DNA from: a virus | Taxonomy: Duplodnaviria > Caudoviricetes | Virus record (IMG/VR): IMGVR_UViG_3300037558_002528 | Location: 1 to 62,876 of that record | Strand: one strand, 5' to 3' | Length of the DNA: 62,876 bases | In this document: positions 47,906 through 57,788 of the stretch, piece by piece | How the letters are laid out: each line of letters opens with the position of its first letter | Numbering within the stretch: the first letter of the stretch is position 1 | Program-made: the position numbers and the translations under genes | The notes under the pieces: generated by a model | What the model saw: the letters and a program-made list of their open reading frames with translations, nothing else | What the model was told of the DNA's origin: nothing | Databases searched by the model: none

Positions 47906-49592
47906 TACCGCGATCATCAAGGAGTTCCTGGTCGCCCTGGGTTTCAAGGTCGATGAAAAAGGCCTGAAGAACTTCAAGGAGGGCGTGGATGGTGCGACCA
48001 AGGGAGTGGTGCGCCTGGTTGGCACGATCCAGGGTGCTGCGCTCACCATCGGGGCGGGCGTCTCGGCCATGGCCTCCAAACTGGAGGGCCTGTATTTCGT
48101 CAGCCAGCGCACCGGTGCCGCGGCCACCAGCCTGAAGGCCTTTGAGTATGCAGCCAAGAACCTGGGCATCAGCAGTCAGGCCGCCTTCGGCACCGTCGAG
48201 AACCTGGCCAAGTTCCTGCGCGAGAACCCGGCCGGCGAGGGTTATCTCCAGGCCATCGGTGTGCAGACGCGAGACGCCAATGGCCAGCTGCGCGACACGG
48301 TGGACATCCTGTCGGACCTTGGCCAGGAGCTGGGCAAGCGGCCGACCTGGCTCGCGTCCCAATACGGCAATGTGCTGGGTATCGACCAGAACCTGCTGCT
48401 GGCCATGCGCAATGGCGATTTCGCCAGCTTCATGCAGCAGTACCGCGAGATGTCCAAGAACAACGGCCTCGACAAGGCCGCCGAGGATGCTCATAAGTTC
48501 ATGATCCAGCTGCGGGATCTGAGCACGACCTTCGAGAACTTTGCCATCCGGCTGGAAGGGGCGCTCGTCCAGAAGATCGGCCCGAAGCTGCAGGCCTTCC
48601 GCGAGTGGTTCGAGAAGAATTCACCGCTGATCGCTGATCGCATCGCCTCGATCGCCTCCGCCATCATCGATGCGGCTGCCGCCATGGGGCCGCCACTGGC
48701 CGCCCTGGCCGACATCTTCATCAGCCTGGACAAGGCTACCGACGGTTGGAGCTCGAAGATCCTGGTGGCCATTGCCGCTTTCAAGATTCTCGGCGGCTTC
48801 CAACTGGTGGCCGGCATCTGGAAGATGGTGACCGCTCTGCGCGCCATGGGCGCGGCCTCGGCCGCTGCCGGTGCGGCTGCCGGAGGCGGGGGCGCAGCTG
48901 CAGGTGCCGCGGCGGGCGGTGGGCTGCTGGCCAGGATGTTTCCGTGGCTGGCCAGGGCAGGAGTCGGTCTGGGCCTGTTGCTGCACAGCGGTGACCTGAA
49001 CTCAGGTGAAAAAGAGGAACTGCAGAAGCGTTGGAAAGCCGCTGGCATCAATCTGGACAAAGAACCCGGCCGATCAGCCGCCGACCTCGTGGGATTCTTC
49101 AAGAATCTTGGCTGGTCGCATGACCAAGCAGCCGGGATAGTTGCGAATTTGAAAGCGGAGAACTCCTCATTCGACCCGCGTCAATCCGGAGATGGTGGGC
49201 GCGCCTATGGAATTGGTCAATGGCACCCGGATCGCCAAGCCAACTTCCGGGCCTGGTCTGGCAAGGACATCCGTGAATCCAGCCTGATGGAGCAGCTCCA
49301 GTTCGTGAACTACGAGCTCACACGTGGTGCTGAGCAGCGCGCCGGCCAGCTCCTGCGGGCAGCGCAGAACGCTCAACAGGCCGGCGACATTGTTTCCCGG
49401 TATTACGAGCGGCCGCGTGACACCGAGGGCGAGGCTGCCCGTCGAGGCGCATCGGCAGTCGAACTGGCCCAGCAGACCAACATCAACATCTATGGCGTCA
49501 ACGATGCCAGCAGCGCAGCGCAGTCGGTTTCGGCTGCCCAGCGCGAGGTCAATGCTGACATCGTGAGAAACCTGCAAGGGGCAATTCAGTGA
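47898..49592 (+). CDS. Tape measure protein with C-terminal phage tail lysozyme domain
   Basis: IKEFLVALGF, Ala-rich helices, QAAGIVANL.AE...GDGG.AYGIGQW...YERP. Confidence 0.88.
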   Translation: MADTAIIKEFLVALGFKVDEKGLKNFKEGVDGATKGVVRLVGTIQGAALTIGAGVSAMASKLEGLYFVSQRTGAAATSLKAFEYAAKNLGISSQAAFGTVENLAKFLRENPAGEGYLQAIGVQTRDANGQLRDTVDILSDLGQELGKRPTWLASQYGNVLGIDQNLLLAMRNGDFASFMQQYREMSKNNGLDKAAEDAHKFMIQLRDLSTTFENFAIRLEGALVQKIGPKLQAFREWFEKNSPLIADRIASIASAIIDAAAAMGPPLAALADIFISLDKATDGWSSKILVAIAAFKILGGFQLVAGIWKMVTALRAMGAASAAAGAAAGGGGAAAGAAAGGGLLARMFPWLARAGVGLGLLLHSGDLNSGEKEELQKRWKAAGINLDKEPGRSAADLVGFFKNLGWSHDQAAGIVANLKAENSSFDPRQSGDGGRAYGIGQWHPDRQANFRAWSGKDIRESSLMEQLQFVNYELTRGAEQRAGQLLRAAQNAQQAGDIVSRYYERPRDTEGEAARRGASAVELAQQTNINIYGVNDASSAAQSVSAAQREVNADIVRNLQGAIQ

Positions 49593-50164
49593 TCTTGGAC
49601 AACGTGCTCATCACCCCAAAGAAGATCGGGGCGATCTCCATTCAAGTCGCCATCGAGGAGACTTGGGAGGATGAGATGCAGATCACCGAGCACCCTGTGG
49701 AGAGGGGGGCGGAGATCTCGGATCACGCCTTCAAGCGCAATCCGATGGTGACAATGCAGTGCGGCTGGAGCAACTCGGACTATGCGGCGATCCTGGGCAC
49801 CGCTGAGGGCGTCTTCTTCGGCGGCTCACTACCTTCGTCCGAGTACATCCAGCTGGTGTATTCGCAGCTGCTGGAACTGCAGGAGTCGGCGCAGCCATTC
49901 AGCGTGATGACCAGCATGCGGATCTACGACAGCATGCTTTTCAAATCGCTGGTGGTGAAACGGGATCCGCGCACGGGTAACGCCCTGATGGCGCAGGCCA
50001 CGCTGAAGGCTGTCCGGATCGTGGATACGCGGGCGACGTCGTTGCCGGCCCGCACCGACCAGGCGCAGCCGGCGAAGACCGCTGAAACCCAGAACACTGG
50101 GGTGAAGGCTGCGCTGCCCGCAACGCCCGCGCCCGGCGGCACGGTTTCGCCGGAGAACATGTGA
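49589..50164 (+). CDS. Baseplate / tube initiator protein
   Basis: ITEHPVERGA.ISDHA. Confidence 0.8.
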   Translation: MILDNVLITPKKIGAISIQVAIEETWEDEMQITEHPVERGAEISDHAFKRNPMVTMQCGWSNSDYAAILGTAEGVFFGGSLPSSEYIQLVYSQLLELQESAQPFSVMTSMRIYDSMLFKSLVVKRDPRTGNALMAQATLKAVRIVDTRATSLPARTDQAQPAKTAETQNTGVKAALPATPAPGGTVSPENM

Positions 50165-50484
50165 TGCCGAACTTCTTTGAAATCCCGCTGGATCCGACGC
50201 CCCAGAAGTTCTCGGTCACGTTGGGCAACGTCACCTACCAGATGACCGTGCAGTACCGTGCAGCGGGCGGCGCAGGCTGGGTGCTGGACATTGCCGACGT
50301 GAATGGGAATTCACTGGTCAACGGCCTCCCGCTGGTGACCGGGTGCAATCTGCTGGAGCAATACGACTATCTCGGCTTCGCCGGCCGCCTTTGGGTTCAG
50401 GGTGTGGGCGATCCCGACAACACGCCCACCTATGAGGATCTGGGTGTCGGATCGCATGTGTTCTGGGTGACTGATAGCACCTGA
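50161..50484 (+). CDS. Baseplate plug-like protein
   Basis: EIPL...PQ.F, WVLDI, GLPLVTGCNLL.QY. Confidence 0.75.
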   Translation: MMPNFFEIPLDPTPQKFSVTLGNVTYQMTVQYRAAGGAGWVLDIADVNGNSLVNGLPLVTGCNLLEQYDYLGFAGRLWVQGVGDPDNTPTYEDLGVGSHVFWVTDST

Positions 50485-50623
50485 TCAATAAAGCAGCCTC
50501 ATTTTGAGGAAAAAAACAGGTAGTAAAGCAATAAAACCGAAAGAGGGTACCCACGGCGACACTTTTCGGGATCCGGAAAAAGAAATACTTCGGCCACGTT
50601 GATCTCGCGCGTGGCAAGCCGCA

Positions 50624-50705
50624 AAAGCAAAAGCCCGCTGATGTTGACGCATCAGCGGGCTTTCTATTTCCACCACCTATCGGAAACATAGGCAAATGAA
50701 ACATG
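50624..50705 (-). ncRNA. Candidate antisense RNA covering the start region of the 50696 ORF
   Basis: Minus-strand TTGATT-16-TAGAAT with TG extension; 14-bp hairpin 50630-50663 plus T tract. Confidence 0.5.
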
Positions 50706-50884
50706 AGAAGAATTCTAGCACTCGACGGCCTGGAATCAAGCTGGCCATCGATTGGCTGAAAGGGGTCAAGATGGATATTCCATACAGTCGTTGGGTGATG
50801 TTCGCGATCGGCACCTATGTGCTGTGCGCAGCATTCGACAAGCTGGCAGCCGCGCTGTGCAGCCTTCTGCCGCTCTTGCATTGA
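50696..50884 (+). CDS. Small single-TM protein, candidate type I toxin (alternative start 50771)
   Basis: WVMFAIGTYVLCAAFDKLAAALCSLLPLLH hydrophobic tail; AT-rich insert in the baseplate operon. Confidence 0.5.
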   Translation: MKHEKNSSTRRPGIKLAIDWLKGVKMDIPYSRWVMFAIGTYVLCAAFDKLAAALCSLLPLLH

Positions 50885-50891
50885 GGTCACC

Positions 50892-51866
50892 ATGAGCACG
50901 ATGCAATACGGCCGAAAGGTATCGCTGATCGTCGGCCAGGATGCTGGTGCAGCGCTGGACCTGTCGGAGTTGCGCATCGTGTTCGACGTGAGACGCGGCG
51001 ACCTGCAGACTCCAAATTCGTTGCGCGCGCGCGTCTACAACGTCTCGGAAACCACCCGACAGCGTATCGAGCGGGAGTTCACGCGCATCGTGCTGCAGGC
51101 GGGCTACGAGGGCAACTTCGGCATCATCTTCGATGGCACCATCAAGCAGGTCCGGCGTGGCAGGGAAAACCAGACGGATACCTACCTGGACATCACGGCG
51201 GCCGATGGTGACAGCGCCTACAACTTCGCGGTGGTGAATACCTCGCTGGCAGCGGGGTCGACGCTTGATCAACGCGTCAGGGCCGCTTGTACTGCCATGG
51301 AACCTTTTGGCGTGAGCCTCGACTACATGTTCGAAGTGCCGAAGAACCCGCTGCCGCGCGGCAAGGTTATGTTCGGCATGGCCCGGGACTTCATGCGGGG
51401 TGCGGCACGCACGGCGCAGGCGGTGTGGAGCATTCAGGACGGCAAGGTGCAGCTGGTGCCGGAGACCTCATACCGGCCCGGGAACATCCCGGTCATCACA
51501 TCGGAGACGGGCATGGTCGGCCTGCCGGAGCAGACCCAGAATGGCATCACGGTCAAGATGCTGCTTAATCCTTACGTGAAGATCAGCCAACTGATCTGGT
51601 TGGACAACGCCAGCATCCAGCGCTATGAATACAGCCTGAATACGCAGCAGCAGGCGCAGAACTTCCGGGTGGGGCTGCAGGCAAAGATTCAAGATGACGG
51701 CTTTTACTACGTCATGACGGCCGAGCACCACGGGGATACACGCGGACAGGACTTCTATACAGACGTCATCTGCCTGGCAGCCGATGTTACGGTACTGCCC
51801 GACAGCTTCAAGGATAAGCACACGGTGCCGCCTGCAGATGTGGCCATCATCAAGAAGTTCGGTTAG
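50892..51866 (+). CDS. Baseplate hub protein
   Basis: RVYNVS, LQAGY.GN.G.IF.G.I, DGD, WSIQDG, TGMVG.P. Confidence 0.82.
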   Translation: MSTMQYGRKVSLIVGQDAGAALDLSELRIVFDVRRGDLQTPNSLRARVYNVSETTRQRIEREFTRIVLQAGYEGNFGIIFDGTIKQVRRGRENQTDTYLDITAADGDSAYNFAVVNTSLAAGSTLDQRVRAACTAMEPFGVSLDYMFEVPKNPLPRGKVMFGMARDFMRGAARTAQAVWSIQDGKVQLVPETSYRPGNIPVITSETGMVGLPEQTQNGITVKMLLNPYVKISQLIWLDNASIQRYEYSLNTQQQAQNFRVGLQAKIQDDGFYYVMTAEHHGDTRGQDFYTDVICLAADVTVLPDSFKDKHTVPPADVAIIKKFG

Positions 51867-51899
51867 CGACAACGATCTTCGAACACTTCCACCGAATCT

Positions 51900-52643
51900 A
51901 TGGATCGACGAGAAAGGGTAGCGGACCCAGAAACCGCCTTGCGCGAAGCCTTTGATGGCCTCCGTACCGGCATCTGGACGGCTCTGCCTTGCATTATTGA
52001 ATCATTCGACGAGGATGCACAAACCTGCTCCGCGCAGCCGACCATCAAGATGCTGCAGCGTCAGGTGGATGGCACGATCATCAGCGTCTCGCTGCCGCTG
52101 CTCTTGGACTGCCCTGTGCAGTACCCGGGCGCCGGCGGCTGCAGCATGACCTTCCCTGTCACCCAGGGCGACGAGTGCCTGGTGGTGTTCGCCTCCAGGT
52201 GCATCGACAGCTGGTGGCAGTCTGGCGGGATCCAGGAGCAGGCGGAGCTGCGCATGCACGACCTGTCGGATGGCTTTGCCATCCTGGGCTTCCGCTCCCG
52301 GCCGCGCGCCCTGGCCAACGTCAGCACCACTTCCGCGCAATTGCGCTCGGACGATGGGGCCACCTTCATTGACCTGAACCCCGGCACCGGCGAGATCAAG
52401 GTGGTTGCACCTGGTGGCTTTGATGTGTTGGCCCCGCACAGCTCGTTCTCCGGATCGGTCCTGATCAAGGGCGTTTTCACCTTCATCGCCGGCATGGTGG
52501 GCTCGTCGGTCAGCGGTGCCGCTGCCGTCTTCACCGGCATCTTGAATGTGATCGGCCAGATCACCGCCAATGGCAAGCGCGTGGACGACACGCACACCCA
52601 TACCACCACGACGGCGGGCAATCCGACCAGCTCCGTGAACTGA
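51900..52643 (+). CDS. Baseplate spike (Gp138/gpV-like)
   Basis: TALPCII, GDECLVVFASRCID.WW, RMHDLSDG, C-terminal HTH metal motif. Confidence 0.88.
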   Translation: MDRRERVADPETALREAFDGLRTGIWTALPCIIESFDEDAQTCSAQPTIKMLQRQVDGTIISVSLPLLLDCPVQYPGAGGCSMTFPVTQGDECLVVFASRCIDSWWQSGGIQEQAELRMHDLSDGFAILGFRSRPRALANVSTTSAQLRSDDGATFIDLNPGTGEIKVVAPGGFDVLAPHSSFSGSVLIKGVFTFIAGMVGSSVSGAAAVFTGILNVIGQITANGKRVDDTHTHTTTTAGNPTSSVN

Positions 52644-52653
52644 GGAACCCTCC

Positions 52654-53007
52654 ATGCGGTACAGAAAAGAGGATGCCGACGGCGATTACGTCTTCGGCAG
52701 GCAGGAACTCGACTTTTACAAGGACAGCCCGGAGGCCGTCGCCCAGGCCGTGGACACGCGCCTGAAGTTGCTGAAGGGCGAATGGTTCGTGGATACCAGC
52801 GATGGCACGCCATGGAGCACAGAGGTCCTAGGTAACAACACTCAGAGCACCTACGACGCAGCAATCCGACAGCGGATCCTGCGCACGCCTGGCGTGCTGC
52901 GCCTGACCGCCTACAGCAGCACCGCCAATGCGGAAACGAGACATCTGTCGGTCAACGCGACCATCGACACGATCTACGGAACAACCCAAGTCCAGAGCCT
53001 ACTGTGA
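52654..53007 (+). CDS. Baseplate wedge / sheath initiator (gp25/W-like)
   Basis: DGDY.FG, AVAQAV.TRL.L..GEWF, TIYG. Confidence 0.8.
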   Translation: MRYRKEDADGDYVFGRQELDFYKDSPEAVAQAVDTRLKLLKGEWFVDTSDGTPWSTEVLGNNTQSTYDAAIRQRILRTPGVLRLTAYSSTANAETRHLSVNATIDTIYGTTQVQSLL

Positions 53008-54182
53008 TCACGACGACTGCACCGACCATCGACGCCAACGGCATCACGGCGCCCACCTATGCGGACATCCTGGACTTTCTCAAGACCAAGTACCGCGCGA
53101 TCTACGGTGAGGACATCTATCTGGAAAACGACAGCAAGGATGGCCAACTTCTGGGCGTCTTTGCCGCAGCGATCAACGATGCCAATTCCGTGTCGGTCGC
53201 GATCTACCGATCATTCAGCCCGTCGACGGCGCAGGATGAGGCCCTGGCCAGCAACGTGAAGATCAACGGCATCAAGAAGAACAGCGCCAGCTATTCCACG
53301 GCCGATATTCTGATCGTTGGCCAAGCTGGAACCCCCATCAATGGCGGTTCAGTTCGCGACCAGAACAACAACATCTGGGCGCTCCCGGCCAGCGTGAGCA
53401 TCCCGCCCGCCGGATCCATCACGGTGACCGCGACATGCACCACCATCGGCGCGATCGAGGCACCTGCCGGAACGATCGATACGATTAACACACCCACCCG
53501 TGGATGGCAGACCGCGAGCAATTCGGCCGATGCGGTACCAGGTGCCGAGGTGGAGACCGATGCAGCGCTGAGGGCGCGCCAGAAGATCTCGACGGCCATT
53601 CCATCCCTGACCGTCTTCGACGGAATCGTCGGGGCGGTGGCCGGAGTCCCAGGAGTTACCCGGTACCGCGGCTACGAGAATGATACCGACAGCACCGACA
53701 GCAACGGCATCCCTGAGCACTCGATCTCCCTGGTGGTGGAGGGGGGCGACTCATTGGCGATTGCCAATGCAATCGCGGCCAAGAAGACGCCCGGTACGCC
53801 CACCTACGGGACAACGTCCCAGGTGGTCACCGATATCTATGGGCGTCCAATCACCATCAAGTACTTCCGTCCGACGAATGCCCCGATCACGGCAGTGCTC
53901 ACGATCAAGGCATTGACCGGCTATACATCGCTTGTCGGTACCGCAGCCCAGCAGGCCATCGTCGACTACATCAATGGCACCGGCATCGGTGGTGGCCAAG
54001 CAGCGTGCGTCGAATGGGATAGCTGCATTGCAGCTGCCAAGGCAGTGGACGGCTCGTCCACCTTCAAGATCGTTTCGCTGGCCCTGACCGGGCCGCATGG
54101 CGCTGGCACCCCCGACGCCTCGCTGCTGTTCAACGAGGCAGCCAGCGCCGCGCTGGCCTCCATCACCCTGAACGTGACATGA
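53004..54182 (+). CDS. Baseplate J-like protein
   Basis: DSKDGQ, G...ETDAALRARQ, YENDT, HSISLVVEGG. Confidence 0.88.
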   Translation: MITTTAPTIDANGITAPTYADILDFLKTKYRAIYGEDIYLENDSKDGQLLGVFAAAINDANSVSVAIYRSFSPSTAQDEALASNVKINGIKKNSASYSTADILIVGQAGTPINGGSVRDQNNNIWALPASVSIPPAGSITVTATCTTIGAIEAPAGTIDTINTPTRGWQTASNSADAVPGAEVETDAALRARQKISTAIPSLTVFDGIVGAVAGVPGVTRYRGYENDTDSTDSNGIPEHSISLVVEGGDSLAIANAIAAKKTPGTPTYGTTSQVVTDIYGRPITIKYFRPTNAPITAVLTIKALTGYTSLVGTAAQQAIVDYINGTGIGGGQAACVEWDSCIAAAKAVDGSSTFKIVSLALTGPHGAGTPDASLLFNEAASAALASITLNVT

Positions 54183-54183
54183 C

Positions 54184-54846
54184 ATGGCAGACATCGCTGA
54201 TTACACCGGGCTGATCACATCGGAGCATAACCAGAAGCCCAAGTTCATGGCCGTGATTGAGGCGATCTGCCAGCCCATGGTCGATAGCATCAACTTCCTG
54301 GAAGAGCTGCCTTTTGATTTCGATCTGGATGAAGCCATCGGCGTCCAGCTTGATGCGGTGGGCGAGTGGGTGGGAATTTCACGGCACATCAGCGTCCCGC
54401 TGGCTGGCGTCTATTTCTCATTTGATATTGCGGGCGTGGGTTTTGATCAAGGCGTATGGAAGGGGCCATTCGACCCGGATACCGGACTCACCACGCTGGA
54501 CGATGAGACCTACCGTCTGCTCATCAAGGCCAAGATCGGAGCGAACCACTGGGATGGAACCTTAGCGGGTTCAGCCGCGATCTTGAACAGCATTTTCGAT
54601 TCTGGCACTCACGTGTTCATCGAAGACCACCAGGATATGTCGATGACCATCGGGGTGTCCGGCGCTATTCCATCGCCCGTGTTCCTGGCGCTTTTGGCCG
54701 GTGGATACATTCCTATCAAACCAGCTGGCGTGAGGATTTCCATCTCAGTCGTCACGACCGTTGACGGTGCGCCGCTTTTCGGCTTCGACATGAATAACCA
54801 GTTTGTAGCCGGCTTCGACACCGGTGCCTGGGCCCGCACTCTTTAA
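54184..54846 (+). CDS. Baseplate wedge protein (DUF2612 type)
   Basis: FDLDEAIGVQLD.VG.WVG..R, LDDETYR..IKAKI..N.WDGT. Confidence 0.85.
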   Translation: MADIADYTGLITSEHNQKPKFMAVIEAICQPMVDSINFLEELPFDFDLDEAIGVQLDAVGEWVGISRHISVPLAGVYFSFDIAGVGFDQGVWKGPFDPDTGLTTLDDETYRLLIKAKIGANHWDGTLAGSAAILNSIFDSGTHVFIEDHQDMSMTIGVSGAIPSPVFLALLAGGYIPIKPAGVRISISVVTTVDGAPLFGFDMNNQFVAGFDTGAWARTL

Positions 54847-54855
54847 AGGAACAAC

Positions 54856-55623
54856 ATGGCAGTCAATAACTTTCTTCCGTTCGGTACCGCAGGCGGTGCA
54901 AACGTCATTGATCAGGTGACCTACTCGGGCCTGGCAGCTCGCTCCGCCGGCTTTTCTTCTGGTACTGCGCAATCCGCACAGTTGAACAAGGTGTGGCGCC
55001 AATCCAGCATCATGGCCGCCGTGCTGGCGCAGCTGATCGTCGATCGCACGGGAGCAGACGCGATTGATGACGGCACCACCAGCACACTGCTGGCCAACCT
55101 GAAGTCGGCGACCGCCGCCTTGAACGGCGACAGCACGCAAGTTTTCAACGCTGCGAATCCTGTTGCTGGATCTACTGGGAATAGCCAGGTGTTGAATCGT
55201 CAATATGCCGACGGCCGATATTTGCAAGGCTCTGTCGTCACTCCGGCATCAGACCCGACCTATGCGGATAGCAGCGTGAATCCGCCCAGCACGAGCTGGG
55301 TGCGTGGCGCAATGTCCGCAATCGCAACGGCGGCAGGGTTCGTGTTCTCGGTCAATGCCACGGGCTACATCAAGCTGCCTAGCTGGCTTGGCGGTTTCAT
55401 CATGCAATGGGGAAGCACCTCTTCCATTGCTGTAAATGGCTCCGTCACAACCGCGCTGCCGCTGACGTTCCCGAACAACCATCTGATTTCGTTGGGCGTG
55501 CTGAATACCGCAAATGCCGCATGGGTTGGCGTTTCCAGCAAGACACTGAGCAGCGTAACCATCGCCAATAGCAACGCATCAAGCAACCCTACATCTGCCT
55601 TCTTCCTTTCCATCGGAAATTGA
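54856..55623 (+). CDS. Short tail fibre protein
   Basis: N-terminal NNFLPF...SAQLNKVWRQ anchor; C-terminal GYIKLP...MQWG...LPLTFPN...IGN. Confidence 0.8.
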   Translation: MAVNNFLPFGTAGGANVIDQVTYSGLAARSAGFSSGTAQSAQLNKVWRQSSIMAAVLAQLIVDRTGADAIDDGTTSTLLANLKSATAALNGDSTQVFNAANPVAGSTGNSQVLNRQYADGRYLQGSVVTPASDPTYADSSVNPPSTSWVRGAMSAIATAAGFVFSVNATGYIKLPSWLGGFIMQWGSTSSIAVNGSVTTALPLTFPNNHLISLGVLNTANAAWVGVSSKTLSSVTIANSNASSNPTSAFFLSIGN

Positions 55624-55624
55624 T

Positions 55625-55963
55625 ATGCCGACATACTTTTTCACCAAAAATCCCGTTGCCTTCTACGTCAAGGAAATTTCCGGTGATGCCATTCCGGAAG
55701 ATGCCGTAGAGATCACGGAGGAAGAGCATGCAGCACTCTTGGTAGGCCAGGCTGCCGGCAAGGTGATCAGTGGAGATGCTGAAGGGCGCCCAATTTTGAT
55801 CGACCAGGCCGCGCCGTCTGGCCAAGCCGTGGCCATGGCAGCGATCATGGCCCTGGAGGCCACCGTGACCCAGCGCCGACTGAGGGATGCCATCTTGGGG
55901 ACTGATGGAGGTTGGTTGAAGGACGTCGAAGCCAAGATCTCGGTACTGCGCTCCAAGCTGTGA
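55625..55963 (+). CDS. Tail fibre assembly chaperone
   Basis: FY...IPEDAVEITEEEH.ALL..Q..GK.I..D..GRP.L. Confidence 0.8.
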   Translation: MPTYFFTKNPVAFYVKEISGDAIPEDAVEITEEEHAALLVGQAAGKVISGDAEGRPILIDQAAPSGQAVAMAAIMALEATVTQRRLRDAILGTDGGWLKDVEAKISVLRSKL

Positions 55964-57025
55964 TTACTTATGGCTAAGTGCCGGTGCGGCCTGTAAAGAA
56001 TGCGCTCGGTGCTCTCCGTACAATGCCGCGCTTAAGATAGAACTTCGGCGCAACACGAAATACAGGCCGAGTGAAAAGGCGATGGCAAATGTGGTCATCG
56101 AGATAGCTTTTGTCCATCCGCCTCCAAAGTAGAGCGGGAACATTCCGAGACCAGTGAAACTGAAGTGGGCAACATACACCGGCAACGTCAGCCTACCCAG
56201 TTTTGCAAGCCATTTTGAGGCACGGGTGCTCTGAAGGCCGTAAAGAACTGCCCAGGTGCAGAGCATCGCAAGCAATGGCAGGCCGATGATATAGGTTTTA
56301 TCTACCCAGATCTTGCGAGAGCCTACCAACTCTATGATGTGTGCTGGCAATAATGGGACATCGTAGAACTGCCAATAGGGGAGCAACACCATGTATGCGA
56401 AACCTGCGACAGCGGCGGTCAGCCAGTTGAATCGGCCGAACGAACTGAGCCACGCTTGATACTTCGCAACCGTGTAACCAGCAATGAAAAAGGGGAAGTA
56501 CCAACTGACGTAGACCAGCGTACCCGGTAACGGCCACGCCTGGTACTTTCTGTCGAGCACGATGTAAAAAGCGATAAATGCGAAAGTCTCCAGCGCAGAG
56601 GAAACGCGTGGGCTTCGAAAAAAAAATGACGACGCATTGTGAATTAGCCAAGCCATCGCCTGGATGAGAAAAAGCACCAAGAGAAACCACACGTAGTCTG
56701 GGCCGTGAATCCACGTATTCAGATAGTCGAGCAAAGTGGAATTCTTAAATTTTCCGTACAGCAGATACCCGAGTAACACCCAGGTAGCGCAAGGCAAAAG
56801 CAGTGAGAATGCCTTACGTCGGATGAAGTCCGGCGTCTCGAATCGGCCATATGCAGTGAAGCCAGCAAGAAGCATGAAAAATGCCACGTGATAGGTATAG
56901 ATGACCTTTCCGATAATCCCGGCGGGGATTATGTGTCCGGCCACAACCAGCAAGATGGCAAAGCCTCGCAAACTATCGAGAAGTCCGTTTCTTTCGTTAT
57001 CAGCCACTATTTCCCCGACCCTCAT
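55964..57025 (-). CDS. Acyltransferase-3 family membrane O-acyltransferase (surface-conversion moron)
   Basis: LDSLRGFAILLVVAGH, FFMLLAGF, WFLLVLF, LGRLTLPVYVAH; about 10 TM; low GC. Confidence 0.9.
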   Translation of the reverse strand: MRVGEIVADNERNGLLDSLRGFAILLVVAGHIIPAGIIGKVIYTYHVAFFMLLAGFTAYGRFETPDFIRRKAFSLLLPCATWVLLGYLLYGKFKNSTLLDYLNTWIHGPDYVWFLLVLFLIQAMAWLIHNASSFFFRSPRVSSALETFAFIAFYIVLDRKYQAWPLPGTLVYVSWYFPFFIAGYTVAKYQAWLSSFGRFNWLTAAVAGFAYMVLLPYWQFYDVPLLPAHIIELVGSRKIWVDKTYIIGLPLLAMLCTWAVLYGLQSTRASKWLAKLGRLTLPVYVAHFSFTGLGMFPLYFGGGWTKAISMTTFAIAFSLGLYFVLRRSSILSAALYGEHRAHSLQAAPALSHK

Positions 57026-57108
57026 ATTTGTATTTAACTAATTTTTCTTAATTTTACAGGTTTGCTTTTCTGCCCGCCCAGCGCGGGCTTTTTCATTTTG
57101 GGGGCTCA

Positions 57109-57504
57109 ATGCCAGAACCAACAACCAGCGCGGCGACGGGGTATGCCGTCTCGATCGGCACAGTGACTCTGACGGGTGCATTTCTTGGCCTGCAGTATGA
57201 CCTGCTGCTCGCCGGAATCTTCGGCGGCTGCGTGGCGCTCTCGTTCACTCGGCAGACGTCGCTGCTGCGCATGGCCATCACGTTGGTCACCAGCGCCTTA
57301 GTAGCGGCCTACGGGGGGCCGGTGGCCATGGCCTGGGCAGCGCAGTCGTCCTATTTCGAATGGACGGCCAAGATTCCAGAACAAATGCGCTTCTTCAGCG
57401 CCTTCGCCATCGGAGTCTGCTCTCAGACCTTGGTGCCGCTGGCGCTGCAGCAGCTGCAAAGTCGATTCGGAGGGGGTAATCCACAACCAGGAGCCTCCCA
57501 ATGA
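57109..57504 (+). CDS. Putative holin
   Basis: MPEPTTS start, multiple TMs, first gene of lysis cassette. Confidence 0.75.
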   Translation: MPEPTTSAATGYAVSIGTVTLTGAFLGLQYDLLLAGIFGGCVALSFTRQTSLLRMAITLVTSALVAAYGGPVAMAWAAQSSYFEWTAKIPEQMRFFSAFAIGVCSQTLVPLALQQLQSRFGGGNPQPGASQ

Positions 57505-57788
57505 CCAATTACCTTCTGATCATCAACCTCGTGGCCGCCGGTCTGATCTTGCTGCGCGCGCTGTGTGCCCTCAACGAAATGACTACAGGTGTCGAGCATC
57601 ACCTCGACAGGCTGTTTTGCTCGGTACTGGCAACCGGTGCAGTAGCCGTTCTGCTGGGCCCGCTGTATGGCTATACGTCGCCGCAGACAGGCGAAGTGGC
57701 CATGAATGCCGGGTTCGCCGGCCTCTACGCTGTTCCCTGGCTCTACGTGGCGGCGCGCCAGCGCCTATGGAGAAAATCAAATGGATAA
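57501..57788 (+). CDS. Second membrane protein of lysis cassette (holin/antiholin)
   Basis: Three hydrophobic segments, basic C-terminus. Confidence 0.65.
   Translation: MTNYLLIINLVAAGLILLRALCALNEMTTGVEHHLDRLFCSVLATGAVAVLLGPLYGYTSPQTGEVAMNAGFAGLYAVPWLYVAARQRLWRKSNG

Noticed and set aside
54856-55963. Tail-fibre diversification by DGR or invertase
   Set aside because: No reverse transcriptase, template repeat, invertase or inverted fibre cassette seen
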